NCBI GenBank assembly: GCA_963828735.1
Contig: CAWHFW010000005.1
Span: 1,984,001 to 2,048,000, forward strand
Source of the DNA: an uncultured Gemmatimonadales bacterium
GTDB lineage: Bacteria > Gemmatimonadota > Gemmatimonadetes > Gemmatimonadales > GWC2-71-9
Length of the DNA stretch: 64,000 nucleotides
Reading direction: 5' to 3'
Position 1 is the stretch's first letter; every line of letters begins with the position of its first letter. The translations under genes and the position numbers were made by a program. Positions 1 through 8,559 of this stretch are shown in pieces. The notes under the pieces were generated by a model. The model saw only the letters and a program-made list of their open reading frames with translations. It did no database searches and had not been told where the DNA came from.

Positions 1-3000
1 CGTGGACCCACGCCTCGCCGTCGCGCTCGAGCAGCAGGGCGCCCTGCTCAGCCCCCGCGTTCTCCAGCGCGAGCCGGAGCAGCGTCCGCAGCAAGGCCTC
101 GAGCTCGATCTCGCCGGCGATGGCCCGCGCGGCCTTCATCACGCTGGCCAGGTCCAGCGCGGAGGCCGCCGCGCCGGGCGGCTCGCTCGCGAGGGGCCCC
201 GCCTGCCCGAGCAGGTCGCGGTGCGCCGCATCGAGCGCAGCGGCCTTGGCGGCGGCGCCCCACTCGAGGTACGCGGCTCGCGCCTCGCCGAGATACGCGG
301 CGGCGATCCTGGGCTGACCGCGCGCGAGCCAGAATCGCCCAAACAACTCGCTTGCCAGCGCGCGCTCGCGGGGGCAGACCTGGTGCCTCGCCGCGGCGAG
401 CGCCGCCTCGTACCGCTCGATCGCCTCGGCCGGCCGGCCGCGCACCCGCGCGAGCTCGGCGGTGACGATCAGGTGATGCGCCGCGAAGTTGTCGGGGGCA
501 TGCCCCGCCCAGCGCGCCAGCCGCTCGACGGCCGCGTCGAGCGTCGCGTCCACCCGGTCGCGATCCGCCCCTGTCCACGCGTCGTACCGGGCGCACAGAG
601 CGAGCGCGTGATGGAACACGCGGAGCGCGTCCCAGATGGTTCCCGTGTACTGGCGAATGGGTCCCTCGGCGACCTCCGCCAGGGCCACCGCGTCCTCGTA
701 CTCGCCGAAGGTGCAGAGCAGCGCCAATTTCGCGGCGTGATAGAACATCTCGAACAGGCTCTCGCCGCGGTGCACGCGCAGGAAGGCGGCCTCGTCGAAA
801 TCGCCGGCGTCGAGCGAGGTCGGATGGCGCGTGCGACCCTGCAGCGCCAGCGCCCACTGCCGGATCACCGCTGGACCGTCGACGAACCCCTCCATCTTCA
901 CCCGCCGCAGGTACAGCACGTTGGCGTCGCAGGCGGGCGCTACGGTCTCGAGCTCCGCGCCGCTCAATAACCCCAGGTAGCACTCGTTGAAGAGTGCGTA
1001 GCCCGCGTCGGGAAACTGGCCGGTCTCGTTGGCCAGGCGCACCGCCTCGCGGGTATACGTGAACGACTCCGCGAACGGCCGCCGCCAGATGCTCACGGCC
1101 CAGGAGAAGTTCATCAGCACCCGGGCGTGGAGCCCGGGGTCGGGCAGCCGGTCGTGCAGGCGCAGCGCGAGCTGCCCGTAGTCGTACGCGGTCGCATACT
1201 CTCCGCGGATCGGACCCAGGTACATCGCGTAGAGCACGTACGCGAGCGCCGATTCCTCCGTGTTCCCGTGCAGCAGGGAGAGGCGGACCATCGTCGCCGT
1301 GTTGAGCAGCGTCAGGGCCTTGTCGCCGGCCAGGTAGCAGGGCGTATGCAGGGCGGCGAGGAGCGTCATCAGCGCCTTGATCTCGGGATCCGCCAGCACC
1401 GGCAGGTCGAGCAGTGAGGCGATGGAACGGCCGCCGAGCGCGCGCTGGATCGTCTCGATCGCCGTCTGGACGGCCTCGGTCTTCGCGTCCGGATTGTCCG
1501 GGAACGACAGGTCGAAGAGCGCGAGCGCCTCGCGTCCAACCGCGAGCGCGTCGGCGTAGCGGGTCAGCGACTCGTAGCGCACGATGCGCAGCCGATGGAC
1601 GCGGGCCCGGTCGAGGCGCGTGCGAGCCTGCGCGAGGAGCACGTCCACGAGCCGCCCGGCTTCGTCGTCATCGCCCGTGACGTACTCGCACTCGGCGGCC
1701 TCGAGATGGATCGCGAGGGCGAGGTCGTACTCGGTGCTCCAGGCGTCGGGCGGAAGGAGGTCGCGCGCGGCCTGCAGATAGCCGCGGGCGGCCTGATACG
1801 CGGTGGACGCCTTGGCCCGGCGCGCCGCCTGGAGGTCGAGGCCCGCGAGCGTGAGCCGCTCGGCAGGCTCCTCGATGATGCGCCGCCCGAGGTTCAGGTG
1901 GTGCACGACGTCGAACAGCCGCTCCTCGCCGGCCGACGGGAGCCACTGTTCCCGGAGCAGGCGTCCGACCGCGAGGTGCACCATGTGCTTCCGGTCGTCC
2001 GGGATGACGGTGTAGGCGCCCTGCTGGACCCGGTCGTGCAGGAACTCGTATGCCGGCGCCGCGTCCGGACCGGCCAGCGGGAGCAGAAGTCCCTCGGCCA
2101 CCGACTCGGCCAGGTCGGCGGACGCGTCCCCGGCGGACTGACGGCTCACGATGGCCAGCGTGGGAAGGTCGAACCGGTTGCCGATGCAGGCGCCGAGCGT
2201 CAGCGCGTTCCGCGCCTTGGGAGAAAGGCGCTGGATCTTGGCCGCCATCAGCTCGATCACGTTGTCGGTCATGCCGGCGCGCGCGATCGTGTCGAGGTCG
2301 AACGACCAGGCGCGGCGCTCGTAGTCGAATGTGACGAGGCCCGACCGGTGGAGCGCGTGAAGGAACTGCACCACGAAGAACGGATTGCCGCCGGTCTTCT
2401 CCAGCACCAGCCGCGCCAGCGGGAGCTGCACCGCCGGGTCGTCCTCGAGCGTGTCGGTCAGCAGGTCGCCGAGGTCGCCGAGGGTGAGCGGCCCGAGCTG
2501 GATTCGGCGGAGCCGGATGCCCGAGGTCTCGAGGTCCGCCAGGGTCCGCGTGAGCGGGTGCGCGGCATCGACTTCGTTGTCGCGATACGCCCCGACGACG
2601 AGTAGGTGGCCCACGTCCGCGCCGGTGAGCAGGGGCTCCAGCAGATCGAGCGTCGCCGAGTCGGCCCACTGCAGGTCGTCGAGGAACAGCACCAGCGGAT
2701 GCCGGGCCCAGGAGAGCGTGCGGACGAAGTGCTGCACCGCGAGGCGAAAGCGGTTGCGGGCCTCGCTCGGTCCGAGCTGAGGCGGCCTCGGCTGCGGCCC
2801 GAGCAGCACCTCGATCTCCGGCATCACCTCGGCGAGGACCGCCGCCCCGGCGCCGAGCGAGTCCGCGAGGCGGGTCCGCCATTCGGTGAGCCGTGCCTCG
2901 TCTTCCCCCAGGAGCTGCTGCAGCAGGCTGCGGAACGCCTGGATGAACGCGCCGTATGGCACCCGAACGATCTGGTCGAACTTGCCGGAGGCGAGATACC

Positions 3001-4045
3001 CATCGGGCCGCGCGGCGGGATCGGCGAGCTCCCGGATCAGCGCCGTCTTCCCGATGCCGGCGTATCCCGACACCATCACGAGCTCGACCGCGCCGGCCGA
3101 AGCGCGGTCGAGGGCGGCCCGAAGCCTCGCGACCTCTTCGTCGCGGCCGTACAGGCGCCCCGGAATCTCCAGGCGATCGCGCGGGCCCGCCTCGCCCGCC
3201 CGCACCGTCTCGAGCGTGCCGGTGCGCTCCCACTCCGCCAGGCAATCGGCGAGATCCGCGCGGAGCGCCGCGGCGCTCGGGTATCGCTGGTCCGGCGACT
3301 TCGCGAGCAGGCGGAGGACCATCGCGCCGAGCGGTTGCGGCAGGTCCGGGACGAGGGTCCGCGGGGACGCGGGCCGTCGCGCGAGGTGCGCGTGAACCAT
3401 CTCCAGGGAATCGCTGGCCTCGAAGGGGACGCGGCCCGTGAGCATCTCGTAGAACGTGACGCCGAGGGTGTACAGGTCGCTCCGGACATCCACGGACCGG
3501 CTGGTGCGACCGGTCTGCTCGGGCGAGACGTAGGCGAGTCCGTCGTCCAGGTCGTCGCCCGCGGGGGCCTCGATTCCGGCGCCGACTCGGGTGGCGAGGT
3601 GGCAGGCGATCAAGGTCGGTGATCGCAGACCGGCAGGGTCCACCAGGAAGGCGGACGGGGTGAGGGCCAGATGGACGGTGCCGTGTCCGTGGAGCGCCGC
3701 CGCGATCTCGGCGAGGCCGACGGCAAGCCGGAGGAAGGTGCCCGCTTCGAGCCCCCGGCCGGCGACCAGCTCCTTGAGCGTGACCCCGCCCGGGTCGTCG
3801 AGGACGAGGGCCGGACGGTCGGACAGGCTCACGACGGTGGGCGAGGTCCCGAGCCCGGAGCGCGCCAGCATCCCCAGCAGTTCCGCCTCGCGCCGGAGCG
3901 CGGCGACGTCCTGCGCGGACGGATAGGCGTCCACGAACGTGCGCAGGAGAACGCGGGCCCCGTCGCGCTCGCGGTGCGCGCGGAGCAGCACGCGGCGGCG
4001 TCCGCGGTATACGTCCTCGAGGATAGTGTAGCCGGGTATGATCAT
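1..4045 (-). CDS. Hybrid Ser/Thr-kinase-like (degenerate) / AAA_16 STAND ATPase / TPR / GAF sensor protein; C-terminus runs off the left edge
   Basis: Not in the ORF track (no stop in window); translated by hand from ATG 4045: MIIPGYTILEDVYRG..., YVSPEQTGRTSRSVDVRSDLYTLGVTFYEMLTG, Walker A VSGYAGIGKT, FLDDLQWAD, KTGGNPFF, FLHDRVQQGAY, then GAF start LDLASVMKAARAIAGEIELEALL. Confidence 0.9.
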   Translation of the reverse strand, partial: MIIPGYTILEDVYRGRRRVLLRAHRERDGARVLLRTFVDAYPSAQDVAALRREAELLGMLARSGLGTSPTVVSLSDRPALVLDDPGGVTLKELVAGRGLEAGTFLRLAVGLAEIAAALHGHGTVHLALTPSAFLVDPAGLRSPTLIACHLATRVGAGIEAPAGDDLDDGLAYVSPEQTGRTSRSVDVRSDLYTLGVTFYEMLTGRVPFEASDSLEMVHAHLARRPASPRTLVPDLPQPLGAMVLRLLAKSPDQRYPSAAALRADLADCLAEWERTGTLETVRAGEAGPRDRLEIPGRLYGRDEEVARLRAALDRASAGAVELVMVSGYAGIGKTALIRELADPAARPDGYLASGKFDQIVRVPYGAFIQAFRSLLQQLLGEDEARLTEWRTRLADSLGAGAAVLAEVMPEIEVLLGPQPRPPQLGPSEARNRFRLAVQHFVRTLSWARHPLVLFLDDLQWADSATLDLLEPLLTGADVGHLLVVGAYRDNEVDAAHPLTRTLADLETSGIRLRRIQLGPLTLGDLGDLLTDTLEDDPAVQLPLARLVLEKTGGNPFFVVQFLHALHRSGLVTFDYERRAWSFDLDTIARAGMTDNVIELMAAKIQRLSPKARNALTLGACIGNRFDLPTLAIVSRQSAGDASADLAESVAEGLLLPLAGPDAAPAYEFLHDRVQQGAYTVIPDDRKHMVHLAVGRLLREQWLPSAGEERLFDVVHHLNLGRRIIEEPAERLTLAGLDLQAARRAKASTAYQAARGYLQAARDLLPPDAWSTEYDLALAIHLEAAECEYVTGDDDEAGRLVDVLLAQARTRLDRARVHRLRIVRYESLTRYADALAVGREALALFDLSFPDNPDAKTEAVQTAIETIQRALGGRSIASLLDLPVLADPEIKALMTLLAALHTPCYLAGDKALTLLNTATMVRLSLLHGNTEESALAYVLYAMYLGPIRGEYATAYDYGQLALRLHDRLPDPGLHARVLMNFSWAVSIWRRPFAESFTYTREAVRLANETGQFPDAGYALFNECYLGLLSGAELETVAPACDANVLYLRRVKMEGFVDGPAVIRQWALALQGRTRHPTSLDAGDFDEAAFLRVHRGESLFEMFYHAAKLALLCTFGEYEDAVALAEVAEGPIRQYTGTIWDALRVFHHALALCARYDAWTGADRDRVDATLDAAVERLARWAGHAPDNFAAHHLIVTAELARVRGRPAEAIERYEAALAAARHQVCPRERALASELFGRFWLARGQPRIAAAYLGEARAAYLEWGAAAKAAALDAAHRDLLGQAGPLASEPPGAAASALDLASVMKAARAIAGEIELEALLRTLLRLALENAGAEQGALLLERDGEAWVH

Positions 4046-4202
4046 GTCGCCGGGGGAGGCTGGTTCGGTAACACTAGGGGGCGCTCGCTCGGTTGGCCAG
4101 TACGCGGTCCGGAAAGCCGGTGACCAGGCTCACCGGGGCGCCGCCGGGCGGCCGCTACGTTGGAGGCGTTCGCCGGACGTTTTCGCCTTCGAGGAGGACC
4201 GC

Positions 4203-4574
4203 ATGGCCGACCGCGAGCAGGACCAGGTCCCCGATCCCGACGAGCTCGGCGCCGACTGGAAAGCCGCTTGGGAGACCGAGGACAACTACTGGGAGGAGAA
4301 CTTCAGCAGCCGGCCGTACGCCCTGGGGCCGGACTACTACGACCGCTTCCGGCCCGCGTACCGGTACGGGTTCGAGTCCGCCCGGCACCACCTGGGGCGG
4401 AGCTGGGACGACGCCGAGCCCGATCTCAGGACCGGGTGGGACCGCTTCAGCAACGAGAGCGGGACCCCGTCCACCTGGGACGAGATCAAGGCCGCCGTCC
4501 GCGATGCGTGGGACCGGGTGACGGGCGGCAAGGCCGCGGATGCCGAGGCCGGGGAGCCCCGAGCCCGCGAGTAG
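4203..4574 (+). CDS. Small acidic Trp/Tyr-rich hypothetical protein (123 aa)
   Basis: GAGGAG RBS at 4191-4196 before ATG 4203; protein-like composition (PAYRYG...WDDAEPDLRTGW...WDEIKAAVRDAW). Confidence 0.8.
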   Translation: MADREQDQVPDPDELGADWKAAWETEDNYWEENFSSRPYALGPDYYDRFRPAYRYGFESARHHLGRSWDDAEPDLRTGWDRFSNESGTPSTWDEIKAAVRDAWDRVTGGKAADAEAGEPRARE

Positions 4575-4612
4575 CGCGGCCTCGGCGCCGCCGACACCCC
4601 TATCTTTCCCGC

Positions 4613-5764
4613 ATGGCCGATTCCATCCGAGATCTGTTCTTCGGCCCCCAGTCGCGCGAGCTGGTCGAGGCGATCGACCCGCAGCGCTCGTTCGACGACG
4701 TGGTGCTCCCGGAGTCCACCCTGCGGGCGCTCGATCACGCGCTGGCGCTGGTGCGGAAGCACGACCTGATCTTTCGCCAGTGGGGGCTGGCCGAGCGACA
4801 CCGGACGGGCCTCGGGCTCGCCTTCCATTTCGCCGGACCGCCGGGCACGGGCAAGACCATCTGCGCCGAGGCGCTGGCGTACACGCTCAACCGCAAGGTG
4901 CTCGTCGTCCGGTACTCGGAGCTCGAGTCACGCTGGGTCGGGCAGACGGCCAAGCACGTGGCGTCCGTCTTCCGGGCCGCCGAGCGGCAGGATGCGGTGC
5001 TCTTCTTCGACGAGGCGGACGCGATCGCGGGGCGGCGCTTCACCGTCATGCAGGCCGCGGTGGATCGCGAGGCCAACTCGGTGGTGAACGTGCTGCTGCA
5101 CGAGCTGGAGACCTTTCCGGGCATCGTCATCTTCGCCACCAACCTCGCCGCGAACATGGATCCCGCCTTCGAGCGGCGCATCCGCACCCACATCCTCTTC
5201 GAGATGCCCGACGTGGAGGCGCGAGAGCGGATCTGGCGGGTGCAGCTCCATCCCCGGAAGACGCCGCTGGCGGACGACGTGGACTTCCGGGCGCTCGCCG
5301 AGGCCTACCCGAGGAGCGGTGGCGACATCAAGAACGCGGTCCTCAAAGCTGCGCAGAGCGCCACGACGGAGCCCGGTCCCGACGCCGCGAAGCTGATCCA
5401 CCAGCGGCATTTCAAGCAGGGGATGGAGGAGGTCATCGCGGGGGCGACGATCATGGCCCAGTCGCTGTTCGAGAACGGCGGGGCGCCGGATCCGCTCGGC
5501 ACGATGGAAGGGATGTCGGAAGGGCAGGAGGCGCTGCGGGGCGAGCTGGCCCTGCTCGGCGAGCGGCTCGACGGGCTGGAGACGCGTCAATCGGGTGCGC
5601 TGCAACGGCTCGACCAGCGCCAATCGGCGGCGCTGGAGGAGGTCGCGAAGAGCGCCGCGGCCTCCGCGGCCGCCAGCGCGGCGCAAGTCCGGACGGCGTG
5701 GCTCGTGGCGATCGGCGGCGTCGTGCTGGCGCTCGCGGCCCTCGTCGTCGCGTTGGTGCGCTAG
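4613..5764 (+). CDS. AAA+ ATPase (CDC48/SpoVK-like clade) with C-terminal coiled coil and terminal TM helix
   Basis: Walker A GPPGTGKT, Walker B LFFDEAD, SRH ATNLAANMDPAFERRI; C-terminal WLVAIGGVVLALAALVVALVR. Start moved to ATG 4613. Confidence 0.9.
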   Translation: MADSIRDLFFGPQSRELVEAIDPQRSFDDVVLPESTLRALDHALALVRKHDLIFRQWGLAERHRTGLGLAFHFAGPPGTGKTICAEALAYTLNRKVLVVRYSELESRWVGQTAKHVASVFRAAERQDAVLFFDEADAIAGRRFTVMQAAVDREANSVVNVLLHELETFPGIVIFATNLAANMDPAFERRIRTHILFEMPDVEARERIWRVQLHPRKTPLADDVDFRALAEAYPRSGGDIKNAVLKAAQSATTEPGPDAAKLIHQRHFKQGMEEVIAGATIMAQSLFENGGAPDPLGTMEGMSEGQEALRGELALLGERLDGLETRQSGALQRLDQRQSAALEEVAKSAAASAAASAAQVRTAWLVAIGGVVLALAALVVALVR

Positions 5765-5788
5765 CGCGCCCTCTCGAGGACCACGCCC

Positions 5789-6637
5789 TTACCTCCGCTT
5801 GAGCAGCACGTCATCGCTCTTCACGTTCGGGCCCACCATCAACACCAGCAGTCGCGATTCGTAGCCCGCCGCCGTCACCCGCACGTACTGCGTGCGACAG
5901 TTGTCTACCAGCGACAGATCGAACCGGAAGTGATACTCGCCGGAGCCGTCGGTGAACGTGACGAACGGCGTCCCCACCATCTGCAGGTGCGCGCCCGCGA
6001 GCGGCGCGCCGTTGTCCGAGCGGTAGATCTTGCCGACCACCACGCCGAACTGCGGTTGCCCGGCCGAGTCGGTCGGCTCGCCGGCTCTCGGGGTGCAGCG
6101 CTCCGGGTGGTCGGGCAGATACGACTCCATGGGCCGGCTCGCGCGCGGACCCACACCCGGCCGCGTCCCCGGGCGGGGCGCTCCGAAGATCCGCTTGGCC
6201 TCGGACTCCATGGTCGCGACGTTGTTCTCCGCCGGCACGGTCGAGCCCGGCTTGGCGTCGTCCGTCGCGGCCCGTTCGCCGCCGGTCGGGTCGTCGTTGG
6301 CTGGCTCCTCGCCCTGCCGCCGCTCGGCCTCGGGCGGCGCGTTGGCGTCGGGCTCGGGCGTCCGCTGGGCTTTCTCCGGCGGCGGTGCGATGCGGGGAAT
6401 CGGCGCCGGCGGCGGCTTCGGGGGCGGGGGCGTCGGCTTTGGTGGCTCGGGCGGCGGCTTCGGGGCCGGCGGACGGGGAACGACCTTCGGAGCCGGCGGC
6501 GGCTGGAGGTACACCATCTGGACCTGCCGGGCCTGGTCGGCGTCCTCGCGCTTCTGGTTCTCGCCCGATGGCTCATCCGGCTTCCGCGACAGCTGGACCG
6601 CCAGCACCAGAAGCGCCGCGTGCATCGCGGCGCTCAA
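5789..6637 (-). CDS. TonB-like Pro-rich membrane-anchored protein with C-terminal carboxypeptidase-regulatory-like beta-sandwich
   Basis: N-terminal SAAMHAALLV (TonB-type SxxxH helix), long PPPKP linker, C-terminal VVGKIYRSDNGAPLAGAHL...TDGSGEYHF...VTAAGY; start codon uncertain. Confidence 0.7.
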   Translation of the reverse strand: MSAAMHAALLVLAVQLSRKPDEPSGENQKREDADQARQVQMVYLQPPPAPKVVPRPPAPKPPPEPPKPTPPPPKPPPAPIPRIAPPPEKAQRTPEPDANAPPEAERRQGEEPANDDPTGGERAATDDAKPGSTVPAENNVATMESEAKRIFGAPRPGTRPGVGPRASRPMESYLPDHPERCTPRAGEPTDSAGQPQFGVVVGKIYRSDNGAPLAGAHLQMVGTPFVTFTDGSGEYHFRFDLSLVDNCRTQYVRVTAAGYESRLLVLMVGPNVKSDDVLLKRR

Positions 6638-6787
6638 GCCGAGGGAAATCCACGGGCGCTCGGTTCGGTCTGGGGGGGTCGGCTGCGGGAGCGTCGTGGT
6701 GCCTCGGTCGAACGGTGGCCGGGAGTCTTGGGTGCCGCAATTTAGACGGGTCGCCGGACGATCGGGGCGGCGGACCGTCTGACCGCC

Positions 6788-8524
6788 CTAATCCACCGGG
6801 TCTCCTGCTCTCCACCCGCTCACCCGCATCCGGTCGATGAGCTCCATCACGAGCGCCCGGTCCTGGTGGACCGGGAGGAGGAGCACATCGCCCGGCCGGG
6901 CCCACGCGAGCGCATCGCGCACGGCGTCCAGCTCGGTTCCTGGACGGCTGATTGCGGCGGCGGGGACATCGTGGCGCGCCAGCTCGTCGGCCATGAGCGC
7001 CGGGATCTCGCCCGGCTGGCGACCGCGCAGGTAGCGCTCCACCTCCTTCAGCACCACCCGGTCGGGCCGCATCACGAGGGCGGCGCGCACCAGCGCCCGG
7101 ATGGCCTCGTCCGAGCGGTCGCCCGCCTGTCCCAGCAGGACGAGCCGGCGCCGTGCCGGCAGCGCCGCGATCATCTCGGCCAGCGCAATCATGCCGTGCG
7201 GGTTGTGGGCGTAGTCGATCACGAGTTGTACACCGCCCAGCTCGACCATGTTGGCCCGTCCCGGATTGTCGGCGCTCGCCGCGCCGAACCGGGTGAGGGT
7301 CCGCGTGATCGCCTCCATAGGAAGCCCCAGCACGGCCGCCGCGCCGATGGCCGCGAGCGCGTTTGCCACGTTGTGACGGGCCGCGCCGCCGAGGACGATC
7401 GGCACGTCCTCGACGCGCGCCACCGTCGTCCGCCGGCTCCCCTCTGCCAGCACCAGGGTGCACTCCACCCACAACGCCGCCCGGCCCCCGCGCGCCATGT
7501 GATCCGCGAGCCAACGCTGGTCGGGGTCGAGCGTGAACCACACCACTGGCACGTCGAGCCGCCCTCCGCGCGCACGGAGCCGCGGATCGTCGGCGTTGAG
7601 GACAACGCTCCCGTTCGCGCGCACCGCTCGCGCCACCAGCAGCTTGACGTCGGCCAGCGTGTCGAGGTCCTGGATGCCGAACTCACCCAGGTGGTCGTCG
7701 GCCACGTTGGTCACGACGGCCACCGACGCGCGATTCACGCTGAGGCCGCGGCGCAGGAGCCCGCCTCGCGCCGTTTCGAGCACCCCGAGCTCGACGTCGG
7801 GCCGGCGAAGCAGGAGACGCGCGCCGCTGGGTCCAGAGAAGTCGCCCTCGCCCAGCGTCATGTCGCGGAGGGTCACGCCTTCGGTCGACGTGATCCCCGC
7901 CGCGTAGCCGGCCGCCGAGGCCATCGCCGCGAGCAGCCGCACTACCGTCGTCTTCCCGTTCGATCCGGTGACGAGCGCGACCGGGATGTCGTGCACGCAC
8001 GACCAGTCCACCGTGGCCGGCTCGGGGAGCGCGGACTCCGGCCAGACCGCGACGCCGGCACCGCTGCCCGCCGAGACCTCGTCCTCACCGACGAGAAAGG
8101 TGAGATCGCGCGCGAGCGCGGCCTCCCGCAGGGCGGCGAGGGTCGGATTGCGCTCGGCCGCGATCGCCTCGCGGAGCCGGAGGACCACCGCGCGCTCGTC
8201 TTCGGCCGGGGGCCCCTCGACTCCCGCCCAGGCGCTCGCCCACGCGGCCTCGTTGAGGTCCGTCGCCGCGTAGAGCGCGTCGGGCGGCGCGGTGAAGGCG
8301 AGGCTCGCGCCGCCCACGAAGGCGCGCGTGGCCATGCGCTCACCCGACCAGCCCACGGCATCCAGCAGGCGCCGCGCGGCGTCGCCCCATGCGGCGACGG
8401 CGCGGTCGCGAACGGTTTCGTCGAGATGGACCTCGAGGATGGTGCCCGGCCCGTCGAGGAGGAGGGACGAGCCGGTGAGCCGACGGGAGTCGGCCACGGT
8501 CATGGTGTGCGCGAGGCCGGACAT
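6788..8524 (-). CDS. Mur-ligase family protein, cyanophycin-synthetase-like but lacking the ATP-grasp domain (578 aa)
   Basis: C-terminal part of the 1334-aa track ORF from ATG 8524 (alt. 8503): VTGSNGKTT, LETARGGLLRRG, TNVADDHLG, VLNADDP, NPGRAN, DYAHNP; lies 35 bp downstream of cphA. Confidence 0.85.
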   Translation of the reverse strand: MSGLAHTMTVADSRRLTGSSLLLDGPGTILEVHLDETVRDRAVAAWGDAARRLLDAVGWSGERMATRAFVGGASLAFTAPPDALYAATDLNEAAWASAWAGVEGPPAEDERAVVLRLREAIAAERNPTLAALREAALARDLTFLVGEDEVSAGSGAGVAVWPESALPEPATVDWSCVHDIPVALVTGSNGKTTVVRLLAAMASAAGYAAGITSTEGVTLRDMTLGEGDFSGPSGARLLLRRPDVELGVLETARGGLLRRGLSVNRASVAVVTNVADDHLGEFGIQDLDTLADVKLLVARAVRANGSVVLNADDPRLRARGGRLDVPVVWFTLDPDQRWLADHMARGGRAALWVECTLVLAEGSRRTTVARVEDVPIVLGGAARHNVANALAAIGAAAVLGLPMEAITRTLTRFGAASADNPGRANMVELGGVQLVIDYAHNPHGMIALAEMIAALPARRRLVLLGQAGDRSDEAIRALVRAALVMRPDRVVLKEVERYLRGRQPGEIPALMADELARHDVPAAAISRPGTELDAVRDALAWARPGDVLLLPVHQDRALVMELIDRMRVSGWRAGDPVD

Positions 8525-8559
8525 GCGGAGGCGGGAGCTCGACCGTGCCGGGCGGCGGC

